Source of the DNA: Acidobacteriota bacterium
GTDB taxonomy: Bacteria; Acidobacteriota; UBA6911; RPQK01; JADFOI01
Direction: 5' to 3'
Length of the DNA stretch: 58,555 bases
NCBI GenBank assembly: GCA_022562935.1
Contig: JADFOI010000003.1
Span: forward strand, 1-58,555
Shown here: positions 1 to 7,575 of the stretch, piece after piece
Position numbering within the stretch: position 1 is the stretch's first letter
How the letters are laid out: each line of letters opens with the position of its first letter
Program-made: the position numbers and the translations under genes
The notes under the pieces: generated by a model
What the model was told of the DNA's origin: nothing
The model's input: the letters and a program-made list of their open reading frames with translations, nothing else
The model's database searches: none

Positions 1-467
1 AAAACGCGGGCTTCCAGAGAGACTGGAATCTTACCATCCGTGTCCTGTAACTTTTCTTCCAAGATGCGGACGAAGTCGTGCCAAAGCAGTCCTGCGATCT
101 GGTTATTGTGGTAAATTTCGGCTTGGACCGACTTGTTTCTCCCTTGGGTCACTTCGGAGACTGGAGGGAACTTCGCTACAAAGTTTTTGTATGCGATATC
201 CTGGATCTGAACTTTAAAAGCAGGCCCACCAGAATTTCTTAGCGTCATTGTTTTCTCTCTGGCTAACGGGGGTTCGTCACGGATATCGATGTCGTAGTGA
301 ATCACCACTTCAGGCCGAGCCATGGCTGGTTGGGCAGGGATAGGTCTTTCGATGTTCTCGCTTCCCTGGGTGTTTGAATTTGAGGATGCGTGGGCCCGAT
401 TCCAACCCATGAAGATGAAGGAAACAGCAATGATAGCAAGTATGATCAGTAAAGCAGTCACGTTCAT
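1..467 (-). CDS. Hypothetical protein with N-terminal membrane anchor, runs off the left edge (partial)
   Basis: Manual translation from ATG at 467: MNVTALLIILAIIAVSFIFMGWNRAHASSNSNTQGSENIERP..., open to base 1. Not in the ORF track because there is no stop in the window. Confidence 0.6.
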   Translation of the reverse strand, partial: MNVTALLIILAIIAVSFIFMGWNRAHASSNSNTQGSENIERPIPAQPAMARPEVVIHYDIDIRDEPPLAREKTMTLRNSGGPAFKVQIQDIAYKNFVAKFPPVSEVTQGRNKSVQAEIYHNNQIAGLLWHDFVRILEEKLQDTDGKIPVSLEARV

Positions 468-670
468 CTCGATACCCAGATACGTCTTTTCGAATCTCTA
501 TGAATTTCTTCGAAAAAAAGAAGCGGACCTGAAGAGAGGGTAGATATTCTTCAGGTCCTCATATCGATTAAGAAGAGCGTGAAATCACGCACTTCACAAC
601 AGCAGAAGTGTACCCAAACTATGGCTCAGAGTGTGGTGATGACTGTCACGGCTAATCCGGGGTTTTGCTC

Positions 671-800
671 CTAGCCCGGATGATGCATAGGTTCTCGTCA
701 CGAAGCGACGAAGGCGCTGCCCTTGCGTTGCTCACCACGAGCGGGAGAAGCTTCAGGAATAGGGCAAAGACCCTCCGGAATGTGGGAGGCGACTCAGGTG
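671..800 (+). repeat. CTAG-terminated composite repeat (MITE/REP-like), copy 1
   Basis: CTAGCCCGGATGATGCAT...CTTCAGGAATAGGGCAAAGACCCTCCGGAATGTGGGAGGCGACTCAGGTG aligns with the reverse complement of 15013-15173. Confidence 0.7.
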
Positions 801-1333
801 TTTGTATCAAGACAGGTTTACAACGTGTATCAGGACATAGTATACGCTTGACTACGTTTGGACCCGGCAAACCATTTTCCTGGGACAGAAAATCAAGGTT
901 TGTGTCTATCGGGCCAGGCTGCATGAGCAGGCGGGACATTTGTTATCGTTCCAGTTGCGGTCTTATAAAGGACCCTGGCGTTTACTTTCCCTGGAGGTCA
1001 GCTGCATTTGTCTTCTAAGTGACGCCCGTCACAGTAGGCCCTTTCCAAAACCCAGAGAATATCTGAGTAAACAATGAAAGTCTCATGGCATCGTCGCTGC
1101 CCCACGTGTGGGGAAAGAAAAGTCACGAAAAGACACCCCAAATATCACTGTGATCGGTGTCTGATTTACTTCAAAGGAAAAAAACTCGGCTGCTGGCCTT
1201 TTGTTATCCGAATCGCATTCGACCCTCGCTGACAAAGCCGTGAGTCTCCCCACGGCTGCATGATTACCATTGTCTTCCCCTCCTCCAGGTATTAGCATCA
1301 AGCCCATACCAATCACACAGGGAGGAAAGCAAA

Positions 1334-1825
1334 ATGAACAGTTTAATGGTCACACTGTTTGTAGTCGGCATGGTCCTGACGACTCCAGCTCTAGCCGATG
1401 ATGTGGAGGATGTGAAGGCGGCGGTGCACGAATTTTATGTCCTACTCAACTCCACGGATGCGGCGGATGCAAAAGCTTACGCCCAACTCTACGCGGCCGG
1501 AAACACCATCTTTACTGCTGGCGGAGGGCTTCTTGGGAGAACCACTTCTCTTGAAGAACGCGAGAAAGGCTTTGAACGCAGGATTAGGGGCGGCCTCAGG
1601 AACAATTATAATCAGCCCCGGCATTCTGAGGTGGAGGTCTACGGCGGCATGTTTGCTGTTGAAACCTCTTATACGACGGGATCGTCCACCTCACCGAAGG
1701 GTACGATTATGCCGCACCGAAACCGGGCCACCCGCATCTGGATCAAGCAGGGTGGGCAATGGAAGATCGTTCATCAGCATTATTCACCCATGCAGCCCCT
1801 GCAGCTTGGGGAGTTAGCAAGATAG
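1334..1825 (+). CDS. Secreted SnoaL/NTF2-like (DUF4440-type) protein
   Basis: GGAGGA RBS; signal peptide ending ALA; C-terminal R-x-T-x-I-W-x-K-x-x-G-x-W-K-I-V-H-x-H-x-S pattern typical of NTF2-like folds. Confidence 0.75.
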   Translation: MNSLMVTLFVVGMVLTTPALADDVEDVKAAVHEFYVLLNSTDAADAKAYAQLYAAGNTIFTAGGGLLGRTTSLEEREKGFERRIRGGLRNNYNQPRHSEVEVYGGMFAVETSYTTGSSTSPKGTIMPHRNRATRIWIKQGGQWKIVHQHYSPMQPLQLGELAR

Positions 1826-1939
1826 TTCATTTCAAACTCCCAGACGACTCCTCTGCTCTTCTGGCATTGTCTTGAGTAGCTTCAGGGCACAACATTGAGC
1901 GCCATTGCACAAGGGTCTGGAGAAGCTAGGAGGCAACAC

Positions 1940-3361
1940 ATGAAACGCAATTCAATCTCTCGACGACAGTTCATACAAAGCACGGCGGCAGTCTCGCTGG
2001 CCTTTGCCACGCCCAAAATAGCCTGGGGGCAAACCTCGGCGGATGTCATTATCATCGGCGCTGGAATGTCCGGTCTCAGTGCGGCGCTGTCTCTTGAGGA
2101 CCACGGGATCGATGTCCTGGTGCTGGAAGGAAAAAATCGGGTGGGTGGACGCGTCTATAGTATTGACAACGTTCCGGGCAGCCCGGAAGGCGGTGCCAAC
2201 GCCATTGTAGGACCCAGACCGGTCGCTGTGGCCAAGCGGTTCGGTGTTGAGCTCATCGATCGTTCAAACCGTTCGGGGACCAGCCGTGGGCGATTGCTGG
2301 TGTTGAACGGGAAGATTATCTCGCCCTCAGACTGGCCCGATTCGCCGCAGAATCCGTTTCCGAAAGAGTCCAGAGAGAAGATGCCCTGGGCGTATGTTTC
2401 TCCCATCGTTTCACAAAACAATCCGCTGAAGTCCTTGGCAGATTGGGTTGACCCTGCCCATGCATCGTATGACATCTCTCTTCACGCATTTCTGCGGAAA
2501 CAGGGTGTCGGCGACCGTATCATCCAACTTGCGGTGGATACGAACTGTCTTTACGGTACTTCGGCGCACGATGCCTCCGCATTGATGCCGTTGCGAAACG
2601 ACGTATGGCGGCAAAAACTCGGCCGGATCAATTTTGTGGGCAAGGGAGGCAACCAACGAGTGCCTGAAGGCATTGCCAGGAACCTCAAGCGCCGGGTGGT
2701 GTTGCACAAAGCCGTCTCCGGTATTCGATCCGAAGCGGACGGCGTGGATGTCTATTGCTCTGACGGTGCTCAGTACCGGGCCCGCTTCGTGATTTGCTCT
2801 GTGCCCGTCCCTGTTTTCCGCAATCTGCGGATTGAACCGGTGCTGACTGGAATCCAGGAGCAGGCGGTCAAGACGATGGACTACACTCTCAGCACCCAGG
2901 TTCATATAACGGCGAAGCGGCCGTTTTGGGAGGATGATGGTTTGCCGCCCTCCATGTGGACTGATGGTCCAGCAGGCATGGTCTCGGCCAGTCGCAACGA
3001 GGCGGGGGAAATCACCAGCCTTGCCGCCAGGGCAAGTGGATTCATGGCTCGGTACCTGGACCGCCTGGGACCGGAAGGCGCAAAGGCTGCCGTCATCAAG
3101 TACATAGAGGAATTCCGTCCCGCGGCAAAAGGGCAGCTCACCGCGCTGCATTTTCACTCCTGGGAGCTGGATCGTTTTGCAGGCGGCGGTAATTACATGG
3201 TCTGGGGTCCTGGTGAAGTCACCGCTTTCCATGGAAAGCTGTGGGCACGACACGGGCGCATTTCCTTTTGTGGACAGTACACCTCCCTCCTCGATCGGGG
3301 GATGGAGGGGGCCATGGCTTCAGGCGAGCGTGCTGCCTCTGAAGTCATCGAGCGGCTCTAG
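1940..3361 (+). CDS. Flavin monoamine oxidase family FAD-dependent oxidoreductase with Tat signal
   Basis: AGGAGG RBS before ATG 1940; SRRQFI twin-arginine motif; IIIGAGMSGLSAA...LEGKNRVGGR FAD-binding motif; C-terminal GMEGAMASGERAA. Confidence 0.9.
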   Translation: MKRNSISRRQFIQSTAAVSLAFATPKIAWGQTSADVIIIGAGMSGLSAALSLEDHGIDVLVLEGKNRVGGRVYSIDNVPGSPEGGANAIVGPRPVAVAKRFGVELIDRSNRSGTSRGRLLVLNGKIISPSDWPDSPQNPFPKESREKMPWAYVSPIVSQNNPLKSLADWVDPAHASYDISLHAFLRKQGVGDRIIQLAVDTNCLYGTSAHDASALMPLRNDVWRQKLGRINFVGKGGNQRVPEGIARNLKRRVVLHKAVSGIRSEADGVDVYCSDGAQYRARFVICSVPVPVFRNLRIEPVLTGIQEQAVKTMDYTLSTQVHITAKRPFWEDDGLPPSMWTDGPAGMVSASRNEAGEITSLAARASGFMARYLDRLGPEGAKAAVIKYIEEFRPAAKGQLTALHFHSWELDRFAGGGNYMVWGPGEVTAFHGKLWARHGRISFCGQYTSLLDRGMEGAMASGERAASEVIERL

Positions 3362-3674
3362 GCCCGGATGATGGGTTATCCCGGCTAGCTGGAGGTCGAC
3401 GACCCTTGCTTTCACGACCTGCTGTTGCGGATGAATCTTGAGCCGTAGCTGCGCCGCTGTTGCTTCTCCCCCCAACCTGCACAAGCATTGATCTGGCCGC
3501 AATGCCAACTATCCCAGGTTATTTCAACTCTCTTGTTTAGTTTTCAATTCTTCCCAGAGTAGTGAAAAAAAGCTGGGATTTCCGGAATTGCTGGGACGGG
3601 CTGTTGAAATAGTCGGCAAAATTCCAAAGCATTGCCGGGACGGGCAACCTCGCAGTCGTTTATAAAGAAGCACT

Positions 3675-3767
3675 ATGATTCAAACACTCGCTTCCTTTGT
3701 CATCCTGCTGGTAGCAAACCTTGTGCTGCTGGCTGCTTTTCTTGTCGTCAGTGGCTTCCTGGGATAA
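3675..3767 (+). CDS. Candidate 30-aa hydrophobic small protein
   Basis: Manual translation MIQTLASFVILLVANLVLLAAFLVVSGFLG*; single-TM-like; below the ORF-track cutoff. Confidence 0.35.
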   Translation: MIQTLASFVILLVANLVLLAAFLVVSGFLG

Positions 3768-3780
3768 GCCGACTACACTG

Positions 3781-3981
3781 ATGGCTGAGGTAATTGTCAA
3801 AGCGCTGGTCATACTTTCTGTCGCCTATGTCGCCCTTTCGGTGCTTGATTCCATGCATCAGAACTGGTTGAGAAGCTGTCATAAGGAAAAGCTAAGCAAA
3901 CTGGCTGAACTTTTGGGTGAGCTTGTAATCGTTGTGGTTGGGTTGTTTGTGTTTGTTCTCGCTGGACGATGGGCGTTTTGA
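3781..3981 (+). CDS. Small two-TM hypothetical membrane protein
   Basis: ATG 3781, MAEVIVKALVILSVAYVALSVL...LVIVVVGLFVFVLAGRWAF; two hydrophobic segments. Confidence 0.5.
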   Translation: MAEVIVKALVILSVAYVALSVLDSMHQNWLRSCHKEKLSKLAELLGELVIVVVGLFVFVLAGRWAF

Positions 3982-4079
3982 TGGCATCCAGCTTGGCCGG
4001 TCCCTGAAGGTCTACCCTCTACAAAACCCACGGCTTGTCGGAGGCAAGGAACAACCCCTCTTGGTAAGGAGAAGGCATC

Positions 4080-4388
4080 ATGCATCGTAAGGGAAGACAT
4101 TTCATCGGTCGTTTCCTGATCGTAGGGATAGGCTGGACGCTCCTAGTGATCATCGTCGGCAGCATTGGGGTTTATTTTTCCTGGAACATGGCCATGCCTG
4201 AACTGTTTGGAGCGGTTCGCATGAGCTTCAAGAACGCTTTTGGCTTAGTACTCCTTGCCTCCATGGCTTCATGGATCATGGGTCATGGGGTAGTCGGGCG
4301 CCTCCACCGTCGCCGAAGAATGTGGAAGGAAAAAATGTGGAAAGAGATGAGGGATAAAAAGGACCACGATTGTTCCGACCACAAGTAG
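4080..4388 (+). CDS. Small two-TM hypothetical membrane protein with basic C-tail
   Basis: AAGGAG RBS; two hydrophobic helices followed by RRRRMWKEKMWKEMRDKK. Confidence 0.6.
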   Translation: MHRKGRHFIGRFLIVGIGWTLLVIIVGSIGVYFSWNMAMPELFGAVRMSFKNAFGLVLLASMASWIMGHGVVGRLHRRRRMWKEKMWKEMRDKKDHDCSDHK

Positions 4389-4540
4389 GAGCTGACCACC
4401 CAATCCTGGACATCACCGGAACGTGACTCCTGCCCTCGCCCGGCTTTTCCATTGCCTTTAACCCTCACCCGCGTTAGCATCTACGAAAAAGCATATCCAC
4501 AACTTTGGCAGGCGAAAATAAATCCCGAAGGAGCGTAAAG

Positions 4541-5542
4541 ATGAATCTTCTGAGAAGGGCTTTTCTCAAACACTCTGTGGCCAGTCTGGCGGTTTTGCCT
4601 TTCTTACGATCAACTAAGGCCTACGCCCTGACCATGGGAAACGCTAAGTTTGTAGACGTGGATGGGATCAGGACCAGATACTTTGAAGGGGGAAGTGGAG
4701 AAGCCATGGTGCTGGTTCACGGAGGCCACTTCGGTTCCACTTCTTCTGCCGATGGTTGGGCAAATATCTTTGATCATTTAGCCTCGCACTTTCATGTGTA
4801 TGCGTTAGACAAACTCGGAAATGGGTATACGGATAACCCCCGAAGCGATGCCCACTACACGATGGAGGCAGTCATCCGGCATGTTTATAGGTTTATGGAG
4901 ACGCTTGGTATCGAGAAGGTCCATCTGGTCGGTCACTCCAGAGGCGCTCTGCCCGCTGCTCGTATCGCTACCGATCACCCTGAAATGGTCGAGAACCTCA
5001 TCCTTTTCAATAGCAACACCCTGGCTCCCGACGATCCGAATGTACCTTCCCGGACGACTGTGACTCAAACTTCTGCACCTCGAACCCCAACCAAAGAATC
5101 CCTCCTTTCTTCCCTCAGCCGTACGGCATACCGGGATTACTGGACCGATGACTATGTTGAGGCCCGACTCCGCATCGCTGTGCTTCCCAAGGTCAAGGAA
5201 GCTGAGGAGAAGCTGAAGTTGTTGACTTCTAGGTGGGTCGAGCTCAATTCGGAAAAAGTTAAGGAGACCCCTAGACTTGAGACCAGGTGGTGGTATTACG
5301 AGTTGAAGCGTGAAACCTTAAGCCGAATCAGGGCGGGACGTTTAACCAGACCGACCCTGATCATTTGGGGACTCAATGACCCATCAGTCCACTATACTCT
5401 GGGCATGAGCTTGTACAGGATCATCAGCTCGGTCGTGGACCGGGCCCGGTTACACTTCTTCAATCAGTGCGGGCACTCTCCCTACCGCGAATATCCCGAT
5501 GAAGTGAGCCGTCTTGTGGTTGACTTCATCAAGAATTCATGA
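4541..5542 (+). CDS. Alpha/beta-fold hydrolase with Tat-like signal
   Basis: GAAGGAG RBS before ATG 4541; LRRAFL motif; HGG oxyanion motif, GHSRG nucleophile elbow, CGH catalytic His. Confidence 0.88.
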   Translation: MNLLRRAFLKHSVASLAVLPFLRSTKAYALTMGNAKFVDVDGIRTRYFEGGSGEAMVLVHGGHFGSTSSADGWANIFDHLASHFHVYALDKLGNGYTDNPRSDAHYTMEAVIRHVYRFMETLGIEKVHLVGHSRGALPAARIATDHPEMVENLILFNSNTLAPDDPNVPSRTTVTQTSAPRTPTKESLLSSLSRTAYRDYWTDDYVEARLRIAVLPKVKEAEEKLKLLTSRWVELNSEKVKETPRLETRWWYYELKRETLSRIRAGRLTRPTLIIWGLNDPSVHYTLGMSLYRIISSVVDRARLHFFNQCGHSPYREYPDEVSRLVVDFIKNS

Positions 5543-5848
5543 GGCTCCCGGGAAGCCGAGCAAGTTCATACTCCAGGGCGGTGGGAAAAGCTAGACAGAC
5601 AGCCCACCGGAAAACAGATGATCGTTACATTGAAAGCTGGAGACCGCTTGGAATGTGCACTCAAGGAATCGGGGGCCGACGATTTGACCGTCATTACCTC
5701 AACCGGAAGCGAACTGAAGCTTGCGAAATCGGAAGTTCGCAAGGTCGAAACAGAGGACGGTATCAGAGATGGTGTATTGATGTGCGCAGCCGGTGAGGGG
5801 GCTGACTACACCACAACCCCCACCAGCACTGGATTTTGGCCTGTGTAG
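5543..5848 (+). pseudogene. Probable 5'-truncated remnant of a small secreted-type protein
   Basis: The frame is open from just after the hydrolase TGA (GSREAEQVHTPGRWEKLDRQPTGKQMIVTLKAGDRLE...). No RBS before ATG 5618. Confidence 0.35.
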
Positions 5849-5888
5849 TCGTTGTAGTCACCCTTTGCGGGTGTAAGGAGGGGGGTGG

Positions 5889-6257
5889 TCACATGCTGGG
5901 CAGGTATTCCACATACCAATCCCAATAACCAGGAACGGCAAAGAGAAACCAACAGAAAGGCAGAATATACAGGTCTGGAAGAAGGCAAATTACTACTGCC
6001 TTCAAGAAGTTTTTGTGGTCAGTTAGAATGTCCCTGAGGGAGGGTGTAACTACTACCGCACCAATGACTGATATCACTACTACGACATGAGACGCTATCA
6101 TATAGAACGTATGCACTGCCCTGAATGTCACGGACATCCCAGCCAGCCCAAGGGGTGAGAGAGTCCGCTCGTTAACCACCACATCGTAGAGAGCTAAAAT
6201 AGGAAGCAATACCACCACAAGGAGAACTGCAAAAAGTATTAACGTGCCGACTCGCAA
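5889..6257 (-). CDS. Hydrophobic membrane protein, probably 5'-truncated
   Basis: Several TM-like segments. The only start is a TTG at 6257, 1 nt from the repeat boundary at 6259, with no RBS. Confidence 0.45.
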   Translation of the reverse strand: MRVGTLILFAVLLVVVLLPILALYDVVVNERTLSPLGLAGMSVTFRAVHTFYMIASHVVVVISVIGAVVVTPSLRDILTDHKNFLKAVVICLLPDLYILPFCWFLFAVPGYWDWYVEYLPSM

Positions 6258-6258
6258 C

Positions 6259-6406
6259 GACCTGCCCCCACGAATAAGTCCACCTTCTAAGTTAGACCTG
6301 GGACCACTGACCTGCCCCGGGAAACTGTACCAAGCATAGGGTTAGGATTTTCAGGTTGGGACGGGTTGTTTGCTCGCTGAGGGACTCGAACCCCCGACCC
6401 CCTGGA
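6259..6406. repeat. ~150-bp direct repeat, copy 1 (two GACCTGCCCC-initiated segments plus the 3' 36 nt of tRNA-Val)
   Basis: Matches 58401-58555 with about five substitutions and one 7-nt indel. Confidence 0.95.
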
Positions 6407-6444
6407 TGTAAGCCAGGTGCTCTAGCCAACTGAGCTAAGCGAGC
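6371..6444 (-). tRNA. tRNA-Val(TAC), complete, CCA not encoded
   Basis: GCTCGCT-TA-GCTCAGTTGGCTAGAGC-A-CCTGG-CTTACAT-CCAGG-GGGTC-GGGGG-TTCGAGT-CCCTC-AGCGAGC-A folds as a cloverleaf. Confidence 0.95.
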
Positions 6445-6526
6445 ATATTTACATCACGATAACGTCACTCCGGATCTCAGGACTTCTATATCTCCTTACC
6501 TGTCAATAACTTGCCAATCCATGCAA

Positions 6527-6568
6527 CTCCTTGTAAGGGAGGCGCTCTGCCAGCTGAACTAACCGCCC
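6527..6568 (-). pseudogene. 5' half of a second, different tRNA-Val(TAC), truncated in the anticodon stem
   Basis: GGGCGGTTAGTTCAGCTGGCAGAGCGCCTCCCTTACAAGGAG followed by non-tRNA sequence. No T-arm, and no ACCGCCC 3' acceptor strand was found nearby. Confidence 0.85.
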
Positions 6569-6589
6569 ACGGTGGTTGGGGAGGGGAGG

Positions 6590-6617
6590 AGTATAACAGA
6601 AGGAAGGAAGCGCTCAA
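6590..6617 (-). promoter_or_regulatory. Sigma70-type promoter for the tRNA-Val locus
   Basis: TTGAGC-16 bp-TATACT with an extended -10 TG, about 20 nt upstream of the truncated tRNA. Confidence 0.65.
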
Positions 6618-6638
6618 TTATTCTAGCCAGTGCTGCGC

Positions 6639-6881
6639 TTACATCTGCTCCCGCAGGAAGGTCTTGAGACGGTTCTCCAGTTCCTTCGGGATTTCTACTT
6701 GCTGATCTCGCAGTTGCTGGGCCATCTTCGAGCAGTCTCGATACGACTCCAGAAAGTTGAGGCAGGGAGGACAGGCAGCGAAATGCTGGTCTAGTTTCTT
6801 CTGGGTCTCAGAATCGAGATTGTCCTCCAGATAATCCATCAACAAGTCAAAACAGTCCTTGCACTTCAAATCGTTTCTCAT
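6639..6881 (-). CDS. Zinc-binding anti-sigma factor (zf-HC2/ZAS)
   Basis: CKDCFDLLMDYL...HFAACPPC (HxxxCxxC); overlaps the ECF sigma stop by 4 nt. Confidence 0.9.
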   Translation of the reverse strand: MRNDLKCKDCFDLLMDYLEDNLDSETQKKLDQHFAACPPCLNFLESYRDCSKMAQQLRDQQVEIPKELENRLKTFLREQM

Positions 6882-7480
6882 CCTCTGCCCTCAAGATAGT
6901 CTGCCAATTTCTTGCGCACGGCGAGCCGACCCCGGTGAATTCGAGTCTTGGCGGTGGCTTCTTTGAGCCCCAGTAGGGAAGCAATCTGCTTGATCGGATA
7001 CCCTTCGGTATCCCTCAGGACCAGCGGGACGCGATATTCAAAGGGTAGCGATTGGATGGCCTCGTAGAGCTGGCTTGCCAGCTCTGCATTCAGAATGACA
7101 TCCTCTGGGTCCACCGACCAGCGGAAGAGTGAACCGTGAAGGTGGCCATCTTCGGAGAAGGTGGGAGCGTACTCCTCCAATTGGATCTCCCGTCCACGAC
7201 TGGACCGGCGTTTTCTCAGCCACATGATGGAGTTATTGATGGCGATCCGTTTCATCCAGGGCCAGATGTCGCTCTCTTGGCGAAAGGTGTCGATTTTACG
7301 AATGACCCTGAGCAAGGTGTCTTGCAGAATCTCCTCAGCATCAGGCGGATTCTTAGTGTAATTGAGGATCACGCCAAAGAGAGGTCGAGAGAACTGCTGA
7401 ATGAATTCATCAATGACTTCTGTATCAGCATCCTTGAGTCCCTGGATGATCTGCTGCTGTCCTAATTCCTTGGTTTTCAT
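6878..7480 (-). CDS. ECF RNA polymerase sigma factor
   Basis: DAEEILQDTLLR...FRQES...WMKRIAIN region 2; LPFEYRVPLVLRD.EGY..KQIA..LG...ATAKTRIHRGR region 4. Confidence 0.93.
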   Translation of the reverse strand: MKTKELGQQQIIQGLKDADTEVIDEFIQQFSRPLFGVILNYTKNPPDAEEILQDTLLRVIRKIDTFRQESDIWPWMKRIAINNSIMWLRKRRSSRGREIQLEEYAPTFSEDGHLHGSLFRWSVDPEDVILNAELASQLYEAIQSLPFEYRVPLVLRDTEGYPIKQIASLLGLKEATAKTRIHRGRLAVRKKLADYLEGRG

Positions 7481-7575
7481 TTACCGCCTTCTAACCACTA
7501 CCATACAGAAAAGCTCTTCCACTGGGAAGTGTCCCTCCATTGCTTTTCCGTCTCTGGAGTTGATACGATTCGGGT

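Noticed and set aside
322-1316. ORFs 322-543, 652-939, 665-1018 and 1083-1316
   Set aside because: No recognisable motifs. They overlap the left-edge gene or the CTAG repeat, or lack an RBS.
6527-6568. Truncated tRNA-Val as the 5' exon of an intron-containing tRNA
   Set aside because: No matching 3' exon or group I/II intron structure was found; the downstream tRNA has its own complete acceptor stem.
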